A DNA stretch of 61,661 nucleotides, filler included. It is 7 parts of 7 records of this genome, joined end to end, with 100 filler letters (N's around TTAATTAATTAA, not from the genome) between each part and the next. Parts side by side here need not be neighbours in the genome. Positions count along the whole stretch, not along the records: positions 40,041 to 50,359 come from SRR31156797_22049; positions 50,460 to 56,220 come from SRR31156797_22068; 5 more parts are not named here. One strand, written 5' to 3'. The translations under genes and the position numbers were made by a program. This document shows positions 41,914 to 50,505 of this stretch, one piece after another (the first letter of the stretch is position 1; the number at the start of each line of letters is the position of its first letter). The notes beneath the pieces are model-generated. The model did no database searches. It was not told the DNA's origin and saw nothing but the letters and a program-made list of their open reading frames with translations.

Positions 41914-42765
41914 CTACTTCTTATTATCCAAGCGGCACTTGTGCTCGAACATCTCCATGGACTGCTTTTCCATATCCGTATATGCGGCGAGTCTCTGGGT
42001 GAATTCATCCCAATCAACCTGGTGGGCGTCGAATTCAGGGCCGTCCACACAGGTGAACCGATTCTGCCCCTTGACGCCGACGCGGCAGCCGCCGCACATG
42101 CCTGTACCGTCGATCATAATCGAGTTTAGGCTGACCAGGGTGTGGACGCCGTATCCTTCGGTCATTTTTGATACGAACTTCATCATGGGCACCGGGCCGG
42201 CGGCAACCACCAGACCCACTTTTTCTTCGCCTTCCAGGTACTCTTTGAGTATGTCGGTCACAAACCCGTGATGGCCGTAAGATCCGTCATCGGTGCACAC
42301 TTTCAATTCGTGCGAAGCCTCCTTCATTTTGTCTTCCAAAATGAGCAGGTCCTTGTTGCGCGAGCCGATGATTGCTACAACCCGATTGTCGGCGTCTTTA
42401 AAACCGCGGGTAATGGGATGGACAACAGCCGTGCCTGTTCCGCCTCCCACACAGATGACAAGTCCGTCCACATTCTCGATATGAGTGGGCTGACCAAGCG
42501 GGCCGGCAACGTCCATGAATGCATCGCCGACTTTAAAGGTCTTGAAGAGAGCGGTGGATTTTCCTACCACCTGGTAAATAATTGTGATAGTCCCTTTATC
42601 CTTGTCGGTGTCAGCCATTGTTAAAGGGATGCGTTCGCCTTGCTCGTTCGCCCTAATGATTACAAACTGTCCGGGCTGAGCCTTGGCCGCGATTTTAGGC
42701 GCCTTTATGACGTTCATGACAACGGTGCCTTGCGCCATCTCCTCTCGTTCTAAGATCTCATACAT
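41914..42765 (-). CDS. nfnA: NfnA/SudB small FAD/[2Fe-2S] subunit
   Basis: GERIPLT, GPLG, GGGTG, GPVPMM, DGTGMCGGCR..CVDGPEF; GGAGG RBS before ATG 42765. Confidence 0.92.
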   Translation of the reverse strand: MYEILEREEMAQGTVVMNVIKAPKIAAKAQPGQFVIIRANEQGERIPLTMADTDKDKGTITIIYQVVGKSTALFKTFKVGDAFMDVAGPLGQPTHIENVDGLVICVGGGTGTAVVHPITRGFKDADNRVVAIIGSRNKDLLILEDKMKEASHELKVCTDDGSYGHHGFVTDILKEYLEGEEKVGLVVAAGPVPMMKFVSKMTEGYGVHTLVSLNSIMIDGTGMCGGCRVGVKGQNRFTCVDGPEFDAHQVDWDEFTQRLAAYTDMEKQSMEMFEHKCRLDNKK

Positions 42766-42939
42766 GAGAACCTCCGCTAATTTATGACGATACACGGCCG
42801 CACAGGAGTGCAACCATTTATAAAAGCGTACTTAAATACCATAAAAAGCATAATCATGTCAAAGGTTGAGAGAAGAATGTAGTCATGGTTTTATCTGGGG
42901 GGAATTTATGGAACGGCGACGCATTTCTCGACAAGGGCC

Positions 42940-42983
42940 TTGACAGCCATGGACTGTTGAACTATTTTAGTCATATGGTCATT
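42940..42983 (+). promoter_or_regulatory. sigma70 promoter of tetR with overlapping candidate operator
   Basis: TTGACA (42940)-17 bp-TATTTT (42963); imperfect palindrome TGAACTATTTTAGTCA over the -10 box. Confidence 0.6.
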
Positions 42984-43000
42984 AGGGAGGGATGAAAACC

Positions 43001-43597
43001 ATGATAAGGCATATTGAAACATCCAAGGATTTTTATGAAGGCATATTGAATGCCGCTAAAGAGTTGTTCATCCACTTCGGTTTCAAAAAGACTTCCGTCG
43101 ACGACGTCGCCCAAAAGGCCCGGGTGGCAAAGGGAACAATATATAATTATTTCAAAAGCAAGGAAGATTTGTTCCAAAAGGTGTTGCGCGAGGAGGGCGT
43201 AAAATTGGTCGCCCGGATTCGGGAAGCACTGAAAGTCCAGGCGACGCCGCAACAAAAAATCCGGGAACTGATCATTGTGAAGGTGAAGTATTACAGGGAA
43301 TTCTGTTTATTGCATGAGATAAGCCGACAGAAAGCCGAGGTGCTGCTGCCCTTTTTGGAGAAGCAAAGAGACGAGATCGCCAGACAGGAGATGAATATCA
43401 TCAAGGAGATTTTGGAGGAAGGGGTGGAGGCTCATATATTTCAGGTGAAAAACATTCCCGCGGCCGCCAGGGCTTTGACCGTGGCCATAAAAGGGCTTGA
43501 ATTCGGCTGGAGTATGGAAATGAATCTTGATGAAGCAACAGAGGAAATTGACGACCTGCTTCAGATACTTTTTCACGGCCTCGAAAGCCGCTCATAA
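43001..43597 (+). CDS. TetR/AcrR family regulator
   Basis: ILNAAKELF..GFKKTSVDDVA..A.VAKGTIYNYFKSKEDL; ATG 43001 fits the GGAGG RBS better than 42992. Confidence 0.94.
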   Translation: MIRHIETSKDFYEGILNAAKELFIHFGFKKTSVDDVAQKARVAKGTIYNYFKSKEDLFQKVLREEGVKLVARIREALKVQATPQQKIRELIIVKVKYYREFCLLHEISRQKAEVLLPFLEKQRDEIARQEMNIIKEILEEGVEAHIFQVKNIPAAARALTVAIKGLEFGWSMEMNLDEATEEIDDLLQILFHGLESRS

Positions 43598-43613
43598 CAG
43601 GAATAAAATTTTT

Positions 43614-43665
43614 TTGACTTAAAATGACCAATTGACCGAATCAGTCTAACGTTCTATGACTAAAA
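43614..43665 (+). promoter_or_regulatory. TGAC-rich candidate TetR operator/promoter region
   Basis: Four TGAC half-sites; TATGACTAAAA is the exact reverse complement of 42965-42975. Confidence 0.5.
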
Positions 43666-43676
43666 AGGATTAATCA

Positions 43677-44822
43677 ATGCTTTTTATTTGCTACTACTTC
43701 ACCATCTTTTCCGTTTTGGGGTGGATGCTTGAAGCAGTCTTCCGTTCGATCAGGGACGGACGAGCGGTCAATCCCGGATTCCATAAGGGCTTCTACCTGC
43801 CCATTTACGGCTTCGGAGCGCTCCTGATTTTAGGAGGCGACATCATACTCGGTCCTTATAATCCGGCTTTCCGAATTTGTTACTATTTTATTTCGCTGTC
43901 GGCTCTTGAATTAGTCACGGGATTAGCCATGGAAAGGATTTTTCATGTCCGTCTATGGAATTATAATGAACGTCTATTCAACATTCGGGGGCGCGTCTGT
44001 TTACTTTATTCGATTATCTGGACCTTGCTGGCGGTCGGCCTTGATTTTGGATTTGATTTCCTTATCCCTTGGGCGTTGCGGTATTACGAGCGGCTATCTC
44101 CAATAATTGACGTTGTTCTGGTCACGATAACCTTTTCAATTATTATTGAGTTCATCACGCGCGCAAGCAGGAGGCTGCCAAGGCGCGGCGGGCGGAAAGC
44201 CGAGGCCGCGGCGCGACTGAAATTTGACGAGGTTACCGGGCCGTTGCTTGAACACCCGAAGGTGTTAAGGCTCCAGGATTTTAACCATCACTTGGGCAAA
44301 ACCCGCCTCGATCATGTCCGGGAAGTCGCCTGGGGCTCTTTTCTGGTTGCCAGGAAATTATCCCTGGATTGCGAGGCCGCGGCCCGGGGCGCGCTTTTAC
44401 ATGATCTCTTTTATTACGACTGGCTGCATGGAGGACCCAGGTGGCACGGTTTTCGACACCCGAACATCGCTCTTAAAAATGCTCGCAGGGTAACTGATCT
44501 GTCAAAAAAAGAAGAAGACATCATAAAAAAGCACATGTGGCCCCTGACAGTGGTTCCGCCGAGTTACCCGGAATCGTTTGTTGTTTCCATGGTGGATAAA
44601 TATTTTTCCACCAGAGACTATATGAGCCTGAAGAAGCTACGAAAAAAAATGCAGAGACGGCCGCGTAAAGAATGCATCCGTGAAATGCTCGCCGACTACA
44701 AGCCTAAAAGTTTCTATGCTCATTCATCGACAACCAGGGACACAAGCCATGACCCACAATCAGGAGGCGAACAGATATGGGAGAAAAAGCGGGCGACATC
44801 TATTTCACCGGAATCGATATAG
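43677..44822 (+). CDS. Fusion of CmpB/TMEM229-like membrane domain and HD-family phosphohydrolase
   Basis: N-terminal SVLGWMLE..NPGF..G.YLPIYG.G..WNY..FNI.GRVCL with about 5 TM helices; C-terminal RLDH..V, LLHDLFYYDW, HGFRHP, HMWP, VDK. Confidence 0.85.
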   Translation: MLFICYYFTIFSVLGWMLEAVFRSIRDGRAVNPGFHKGFYLPIYGFGALLILGGDIILGPYNPAFRICYYFISLSALELVTGLAMERIFHVRLWNYNERLFNIRGRVCLLYSIIWTLLAVGLDFGFDFLIPWALRYYERLSPIIDVVLVTITFSIIIEFITRASRRLPRRGGRKAEAAARLKFDEVTGPLLEHPKVLRLQDFNHHLGKTRLDHVREVAWGSFLVARKLSLDCEAAARGALLHDLFYYDWLHGGPRWHGFRHPNIALKNARRVTDLSKKEEDIIKKHMWPLTVVPPSYPESFVVSMVDKYFSTRDYMSLKKLRKKMQRRPRKECIREMLADYKPKSFYAHSSTTRDTSHDPQSGGEQIWEKKRATSISPESI

Positions 44823-47800
44823 GTTCGACAACGGCCAAGGCGGCAATAGTCGATGACAAAGGCGGAGTTGTTTTTTCAAGATACCGTCGTCATCAGACTA
44901 AAACAATAGAAACAGTACATGAAATATTCAAAGAGGCTTTTGAGGAATTGGGAGACATACAACTCGATGCGGCGGTCACGGGATCGGCAGGTATGGGAGC
45001 AGCCGAGACGTTCCGGGCGCCGTTTGTTCAGGAAGTGGTTGCTTCGGCCCGCTACATCGAAAAGTACTTTCCCGAATCCAGGACGTTTATGGAGATCGGC
45101 GGGGAAGATTCCAAGATAATTTTCTTTGACGATCACTTCCGCCCCGACATCCGGATGAACGGCACGTGCGCCGGCGGAACCGGAGCCTTTATCGATCAAA
45201 TGGCCGTGTTGTTGGACGTGGAAATTTCGGAGTTGAATTCACTGGCTGAAAGCGCAAACAGCATTTATCCGATTGCCTCTCGATGCGGCGTTTTCGCCAA
45301 AACCGACATCCAGGCCTTGCTGAGCCGACATATCGCCCGGGAAGATATAGCCGCATCGATCTTTCATGCCGTGGCGGTCCAGGTTATCACCGCCTTGTCC
45401 AGGGGACGGGAAATAAAGAAAAAAATTCTTTTCGGAGGAGGCCCCTTGACTTTTTATCCGGGATTGCGAAAAGCCTTTGCAAACCTGCTGGGCATTGTGA
45501 AACCGGAAGATGAGTTGATCGTTCCGGATCGGGCTGAATTGCTGCCCGCCATGGGCGCGGCCATGGTTCGCAACGGCGATCCTTACCGCAATAGTCTAAG
45601 CGGTATTTTATCCATGCGGGCAAACCAAAGAGTTGAGATCAGGGAAGTGAAGGAAAGACTGCCTCCCTTATTCGCCGGCGGAACCGGGCGTCATCTCTGG
45701 ACGGAGAGGCATGCGGAGAATCGGGTCGCCAGGATTGATATTTCCCGGGCCGGTGAGAAAGGGCTTTTTCTGGGCGTCGATTCAGGGTCAACCACAACCA
45801 AGATTGTCGTGATGGACGATCGGGGGAGGCTGGTTGCCGGCGATTATCGGGCCAACAATGGAGATCCGATCCGGGCGGTAAAAGCCGGGTTGTCTGAAAT
45901 CAAGGACAGGTTTGATAAGGCCGGCTTTCGCCCGCGAATCATTCGTTCAGCCGCCACGGGCTATGGTGAAAGCATTGTAAGAGCAGCCTTCGGTTTGAAC
46001 GACGGTGTGGTTGAAACCATGTCACACTATCGCGCGGCCCGTTTTTTTGAACCTGATGTTTCTTTTATTCTGGACATCGGCGGGCAGGATATGAAAGCCG
46101 TTTTTATTCAGGATCAAACCATTTCGGAAATTCACCTCAATGAAGCTTGCTCGTCCGGATGCGGTTCCTTTATTGAAACCTTTGCCCGTTCACTGGGATA
46201 TGCTGTCGAGGATTTCGCCGAAATCGCATGCGACAGCAATTCCCCCTTTGACCTGGGAACCCGCTGCACGGTCTTCATGAATTCAAAAGTTAAGCAGGCG
46301 GTTCGTGAAGGCGCGACCGTTTCCGATATTTCAGCCGGCCTGGCGTATTCGGTTATCAAAAATGCACTATATAAAGTGCTGAAGCTAAAGGATGTCGACG
46401 TCCTTGGAAATAAAATTGTTGTTCAGGGCGGAACCTTTCGAAATCCGGCAATATTAAGGGCGTTTGAAATATTGCTTAACAAGGAAGTTGTAAGACCGGA
46501 TATTTCAGAGTTAATGGGCGCGTACGGCGCGGCCCTGACCGCCCTTTCAAATCATCGTAAAAATCCTGCCCAAATCGCGGCTCGACCCCGGGCGTCGCTC
46601 CAAAATCCACTTAAGGCAAAACGCTTGCAGGAGCCGCAATTTTTTTCATTCTCAACTTTAAAAAAAGGCGGCGATTTTTCAAAAAGGGAAATCCGTTGCC
46701 AGGGGTGCGAAAATGGGTGCACTGTTTTCAAGCTTACCTTCAAAAATGGAAATCATTTTTATACAGGGAACAGATGCGAAAGGCATTTCAGCAATAACCC
46801 GGATATACATCATAAGGGGATAAACCTGATCAACGAACAGTTGAGATTATTATTTGACCGAAACCCAAATCCGGAAGGCGAGCCCATTCTAACCTACGGC
46901 GTTCCCCGCTGTCTGAACATTTATGAAAACTATCCCTTTTGGTGCGCCTTTTTGACCAGGTGCGGATTCAGGGCGGTCATTTCTTCCGCGTCCAATTTCA
47001 AACTCTACGAAAAGGGAACTTCCACGGTTATGTCGGAAAGCATTTGCTTTCCAGCCAAGGTCGCCCATGGTCACATTTTCGACCTTGTTGAAAAGAAGGT
47101 CGATAGAATCTTTTACCCCATGGTGGTCTATGAACAAAAGGAATATAAAGACGCCTTGAATTCTTACAACTGCCCGGTGGTTACCGGTTGTCCCGACCTG
47201 CTGAAGAGCGCCGTCAATCCCGAGCGGAACTTTGGAATTCCCCTGGATAGCCCGGCTATAAGCTTTAAGGATTTTAATCTGCTTAAGGATCAGCTTTTTC
47301 TTTTCTTCAGACAGTTTGGCATCGACTACAGGACGGTGTCGGCCGGAGTGGAAAAAGGGCGTCAGGCGCAAAAGGAATACAGGAAAAAAACCAAATTGCA
47401 GGCGAAAGCGCTTATATCCGGGGCTGAAAAATCGGGAAAAACCGTGGTTGTTCTTGCCGGCCGGCCCTATCATTTGGATCCGTTTATCAACCATGGCATT
47501 CCCAATCTTCTGGCTGAACTGGGCGTGGATGTTATCAGTGAATCCGCCGTTCCCGTGAATTCCGACGACGCGTCCCTGGAAAGCATAAACGTTCTGACGC
47601 AGTGGAGTTATACCAACAGACTCTATGCCGCGGCCGAATGGGCTGCCCAAAATCGAAACGCCCAGTTGGTGCAAACCACCTCTTTCGGCTGCGGGCCGGA
47701 TGCTGTTTCCGCCGATGAGGTTAAAGACATTTTGCGTCGCGGAGGAAAGATCGCAACTTTGGTCAAGATGGATGAAATCGCCAACCTGGGAGCTGTCAGA

Positions 47801-49291
47801 ATCAGGCTGCGCACCATGATTGATGCGATGAAGGAAAATAAGGGAAAAAATGGACCCGCGGGAAAAGGCGGGAGGAAAGCAAATCAGGTATTCATGGACA
47901 AAGACAAAAAGAGAACCCTTATCGCCCCCTTCTTTTCCCCTTTCTATTCACCGCTTATTCCTTCAGCGTTCAGCCCCCTGGGCTACCGTGTTGAAGTCCT
48001 CCCTCCACAGGATATGGTATCGGTGGAGTTGGGACTAAGGAATATCAACAACGACATGTGCTACCCGGCTGTGCTTGTTGCCGGAGATATCATTAAAGCC
48101 TTTCAGTCAGGCGGATATGATCCCAAGAGAACCGCGGTGATTTTGACGCAGACCGGAGGCCAGTGCCGTGCATCTTCGTACGTATCTCTTATAAAAAAAG
48201 GGCTGTCCGACGCCAAATTGGACGGCGTTCCGGTTGTGGCCGTGTCCGATGAGGATATCAATTTCCAGCCCGGATTTGAATTAAACAAAAAAGAACTGTT
48301 AAAACGCTTGTCATTTGGAATTGCATTCTCCGACCCACTTGCGCAAATGCAACTGTCAATCATGGTCAGGGAAAAGGCGCCTGGCACATCGAAAAGAATG
48401 CATGCAAAATACCTTTCTTTAATGAAGAGCGGAATAGAGAACGCGGATTTTCAATATCTTCTTAAGCTTTTGAAGGAAGCTGTCGCAGATTTCAACGGAA
48501 TTGAGATCAATGATAAACCTGTTCCCAAAGTCGGAATAGTCGGCGAGATATTTGTCAAATACAACTTTTTTGCCGGCGGGAATATCATTGATTGGCTGTC
48601 CGCCCGGGGGGTGGAGGTGATCCTCCCTTCATTGCAGAGTTTTTTCGCCCAGGGTTTCATAAACGAAATCTACGCCCAGCAGGCTTCTTTTAAACGTTCT
48701 TTCGGCGACATCATAAAAAACAGGCTGCTGGAGATTTACTCCAGATGCCGGCTCGGCCAAATTGAAAGGGTAATGCAGGGATTTCGCTTTTATAAAAAGC
48801 AGCATGATTTGATAGAGCTTTCCGAAATAACCAGGGACGTTGTAGACATCGCCAACCAAGCCGGCGAGGGTTGGCTTCTGACCGCGGAAATGATCGCCCT
48901 GCTTATGGAAGGGGTTGGCAATATTGTCTGCCTACAGCCCTTCGGCTGTATTTCCAATCACATTACCGGCGTGGGGATGGAGAAGAAACTTAAGGAGATG
49001 TTTCCTCATTTGAATCTACTTCCTTTGGACATGGATGCGGGCGCCAGCGAGGTCAATATTTTAAACCGCCTGCACCTAATGGTCGCAGCGGCGCGGGAGC
49101 AAGAAGTTTTCGGGACGGAAATAAATCCCGGGAAATCTCTTCCTGAATTTGACACATTAAAATTGCGGGCTCCCGAACTGCTTGCCTTTGACAACTACTC
49201 ATCCCTGGAAAAAGAAAAATGGAAGGCCTGGGCGTCCAGCTTGAGACTGAAGGAAAAAGCAAGGGATATGAAATTCAAGGTTGGATTGTAA
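44777..49291 (+). CDS. Fused double-activase/reductase protein of the PlsA-PlsR / Ger (plasmalogen or ether-lipid synthase) architecture
   Basis: Two ASKHA activase modules (GIDIGSTT..CAGGTG..RCGVF; GVDSGSTT..CSSGCG..RCTVF), CQGCENGC..GNRCE, then ICFPAK, NCPVV, SFGCG, MCYPA, GGQCR, QPFGC motifs; AGGAGG RBS. Confidence 0.85.
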   Translation: MGEKAGDIYFTGIDIGSTTAKAAIVDDKGGVVFSRYRRHQTKTIETVHEIFKEAFEELGDIQLDAAVTGSAGMGAAETFRAPFVQEVVASARYIEKYFPESRTFMEIGGEDSKIIFFDDHFRPDIRMNGTCAGGTGAFIDQMAVLLDVEISELNSLAESANSIYPIASRCGVFAKTDIQALLSRHIAREDIAASIFHAVAVQVITALSRGREIKKKILFGGGPLTFYPGLRKAFANLLGIVKPEDELIVPDRAELLPAMGAAMVRNGDPYRNSLSGILSMRANQRVEIREVKERLPPLFAGGTGRHLWTERHAENRVARIDISRAGEKGLFLGVDSGSTTTKIVVMDDRGRLVAGDYRANNGDPIRAVKAGLSEIKDRFDKAGFRPRIIRSAATGYGESIVRAAFGLNDGVVETMSHYRAARFFEPDVSFILDIGGQDMKAVFIQDQTISEIHLNEACSSGCGSFIETFARSLGYAVEDFAEIACDSNSPFDLGTRCTVFMNSKVKQAVREGATVSDISAGLAYSVIKNALYKVLKLKDVDVLGNKIVVQGGTFRNPAILRAFEILLNKEVVRPDISELMGAYGAALTALSNHRKNPAQIAARPRASLQNPLKAKRLQEPQFFSFSTLKKGGDFSKREIRCQGCENGCTVFKLTFKNGNHFYTGNRCERHFSNNPDIHHKGINLINEQLRLLFDRNPNPEGEPILTYGVPRCLNIYENYPFWCAFLTRCGFRAVISSASNFKLYEKGTSTVMSESICFPAKVAHGHIFDLVEKKVDRIFYPMVVYEQKEYKDALNSYNCPVVTGCPDLLKSAVNPERNFGIPLDSPAISFKDFNLLKDQLFLFFRQFGIDYRTVSAGVEKGRQAQKEYRKKTKLQAKALISGAEKSGKTVVVLAGRPYHLDPFINHGIPNLLAELGVDVISESAVPVNSDDASLESINVLTQWSYTNRLYAAAEWAAQNRNAQLVQTTSFGCGPDAVSADEVKDILRRGGKIATLVKMDEIANLGAVRIRLRTMIDAMKENKGKNGPAGKGGRKANQVFMDKDKKRTLIAPFFSPFYSPLIPSAFSPLGYRVEVLPPQDMVSVELGLRNINNDMCYPAVLVAGDIIKAFQSGGYDPKRTAVILTQTGGQCRASSYVSLIKKGLSDAKLDGVPVVAVSDEDINFQPGFELNKKELLKRLSFGIAFSDPLAQMQLSIMVREKAPGTSKRMHAKYLSLMKSGIENADFQYLLKLLKEAVADFNGIEINDKPVPKVGIVGEIFVKYNFFAGGNIIDWLSARGVEVILPSLQSFFAQGFINEIYAQQASFKRSFGDIIKNRLLEIYSRCRLGQIERVMQGFRFYKKQHDLIELSEITRDVVDIANQAGEGWLLTAEMIALLMEGVGNIVCLQPFGCISNHITGVGMEKKLKEMFPHLNLLPLDMDAGASEVNILNRLHLMVAAAREQEVFGTEINPGKSLPEFDTLKLRAPELLAFDNYSSLEKEKWKAWASSLRLKEKARDMKFKVGL

Positions 49292-49915
49292 CCATCGACA
49301 TTCCTTAAGCAGCCGATATCGGGCGTTGTGAACTCCAGCCAATATTATCGCGGGCGGCCGACGGGTTTCATTCGGGTCATTTTCGGCGGAATGGAAATGA
49401 CTCCACCGGCCGCCCGCCCTCCCGCCGGTCTGCCGACCGACGCGTCTGTTTTCCGTATAGATATATGAATGGCCCCGGCGGCGGCGATCATAGGGCGGCT
49501 CCGGGGAAAGAAGCGACGGGCATTGAGCTTGCGGACCTTTCAACAATGTGGACAATACCTTTACGGGATGCGATAGATATGCGCCGGTCGTTGGATACTC
49601 GCAGGAATATCGTTTCCGGTCGATATAGAGTTTTGAGACGAAACTTGAAGGATTTTTTGTGAAAAAGCGAACTAAACAGCTTGACGCTACAGGGTTTTTA
49701 TGCTAACGAACAAATTTCACAAGCTTTTTTGGGTTAGGAATGTCAAAATTGGTTTTCCCGTCACACTCTAAAGCAAAGGCCGCATGACCACAATGCAAAG
49801 GTTGTGTACCGATACGTGCGTAATGCCCCCGATGAGGAAATTCCATACTTACCCGGGAAATCCGAGGGGCAAAATAAATCAGCAAAAGTAGTAGTCTTTT
49901 TAAGGAGGAATGATT

Positions 49916-50359
49916 ATGGCGTTAGACTGGCAAAAATTCATCGAAGCGGAAGATTATCAGATCGCTGAAGCCGCTGAGAAAGGCATGAGGAAGATAACGG
50001 ATCTTGCTGCGGATATGGGACTGCAGGATGAGGAGCTTCTCCCGCACGGTCACTATGTAGCCAAGATCGATTTCGCAAAAGTGCTCAAGAGACTGGACAA
50101 GAAACCGGACGGAAAGTACATCGACGTCACGGCCATCACCCCCACTCCTTTGGGCGAAGGAAAATCCACTTCAACCATGGGCCTGGTCGAAGGTCTTGGT
50201 ATGAGGGGCATGAACGTAAGCGCGGCCATCAGGCAGCCTTCCGGCGGCCCGACCATGAACATCAAGGGCAGCGCGGCCGGCGGCGGTATGGCCCAGTGCA
50301 TCCCGCTGACTCCTTTTTCATTGGGCCTGACCGGCGACATCAACGCCATCATGAACGCC
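49916..50359 (+). CDS. fhs: Formate--tetrahydrofolate ligase, N-terminal fragment
   Basis: [46 protein letters not shown]; 3'-truncated. Confidence 0.95.
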
Positions 50360-50459
50360 NNNNNNNNNNNNNNNNNNNNNNNNNNNNNNNNNNNNNNNNN
50401 NNNTTAATTAATTAANNNNNNNNNNNNNNNNNNNNNNNNNNNNNNNNNNNNNNNNNNNN
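50360..50459. other. Synthetic contig spacer
   Basis: 44 N + TTAATTAATTAA + 44 N. Confidence 0.99.
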
Positions 50460-50483
50460 AAAAGGGAGGCTCTCGAGCCTCCC
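50460..50483 (-). terminator. Intrinsic terminator of the cytochrome gene
   Basis: GGGAGGCT-CTCG-AGCCTCCC perfect stem with adjacent A-tract. Confidence 0.8.
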
Positions 50484-50505
50484 GTACATACAATTTACTA
50501 TGAGA

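Noticed and set aside
49420-49909. THF or ZTP riboswitch, or Rex operator, upstream of fhs
   Set aside because: No riboswitch consensus found by eye; TTGTGAA and TTCACAA half-sites are about 50 bp apart rather than 4.
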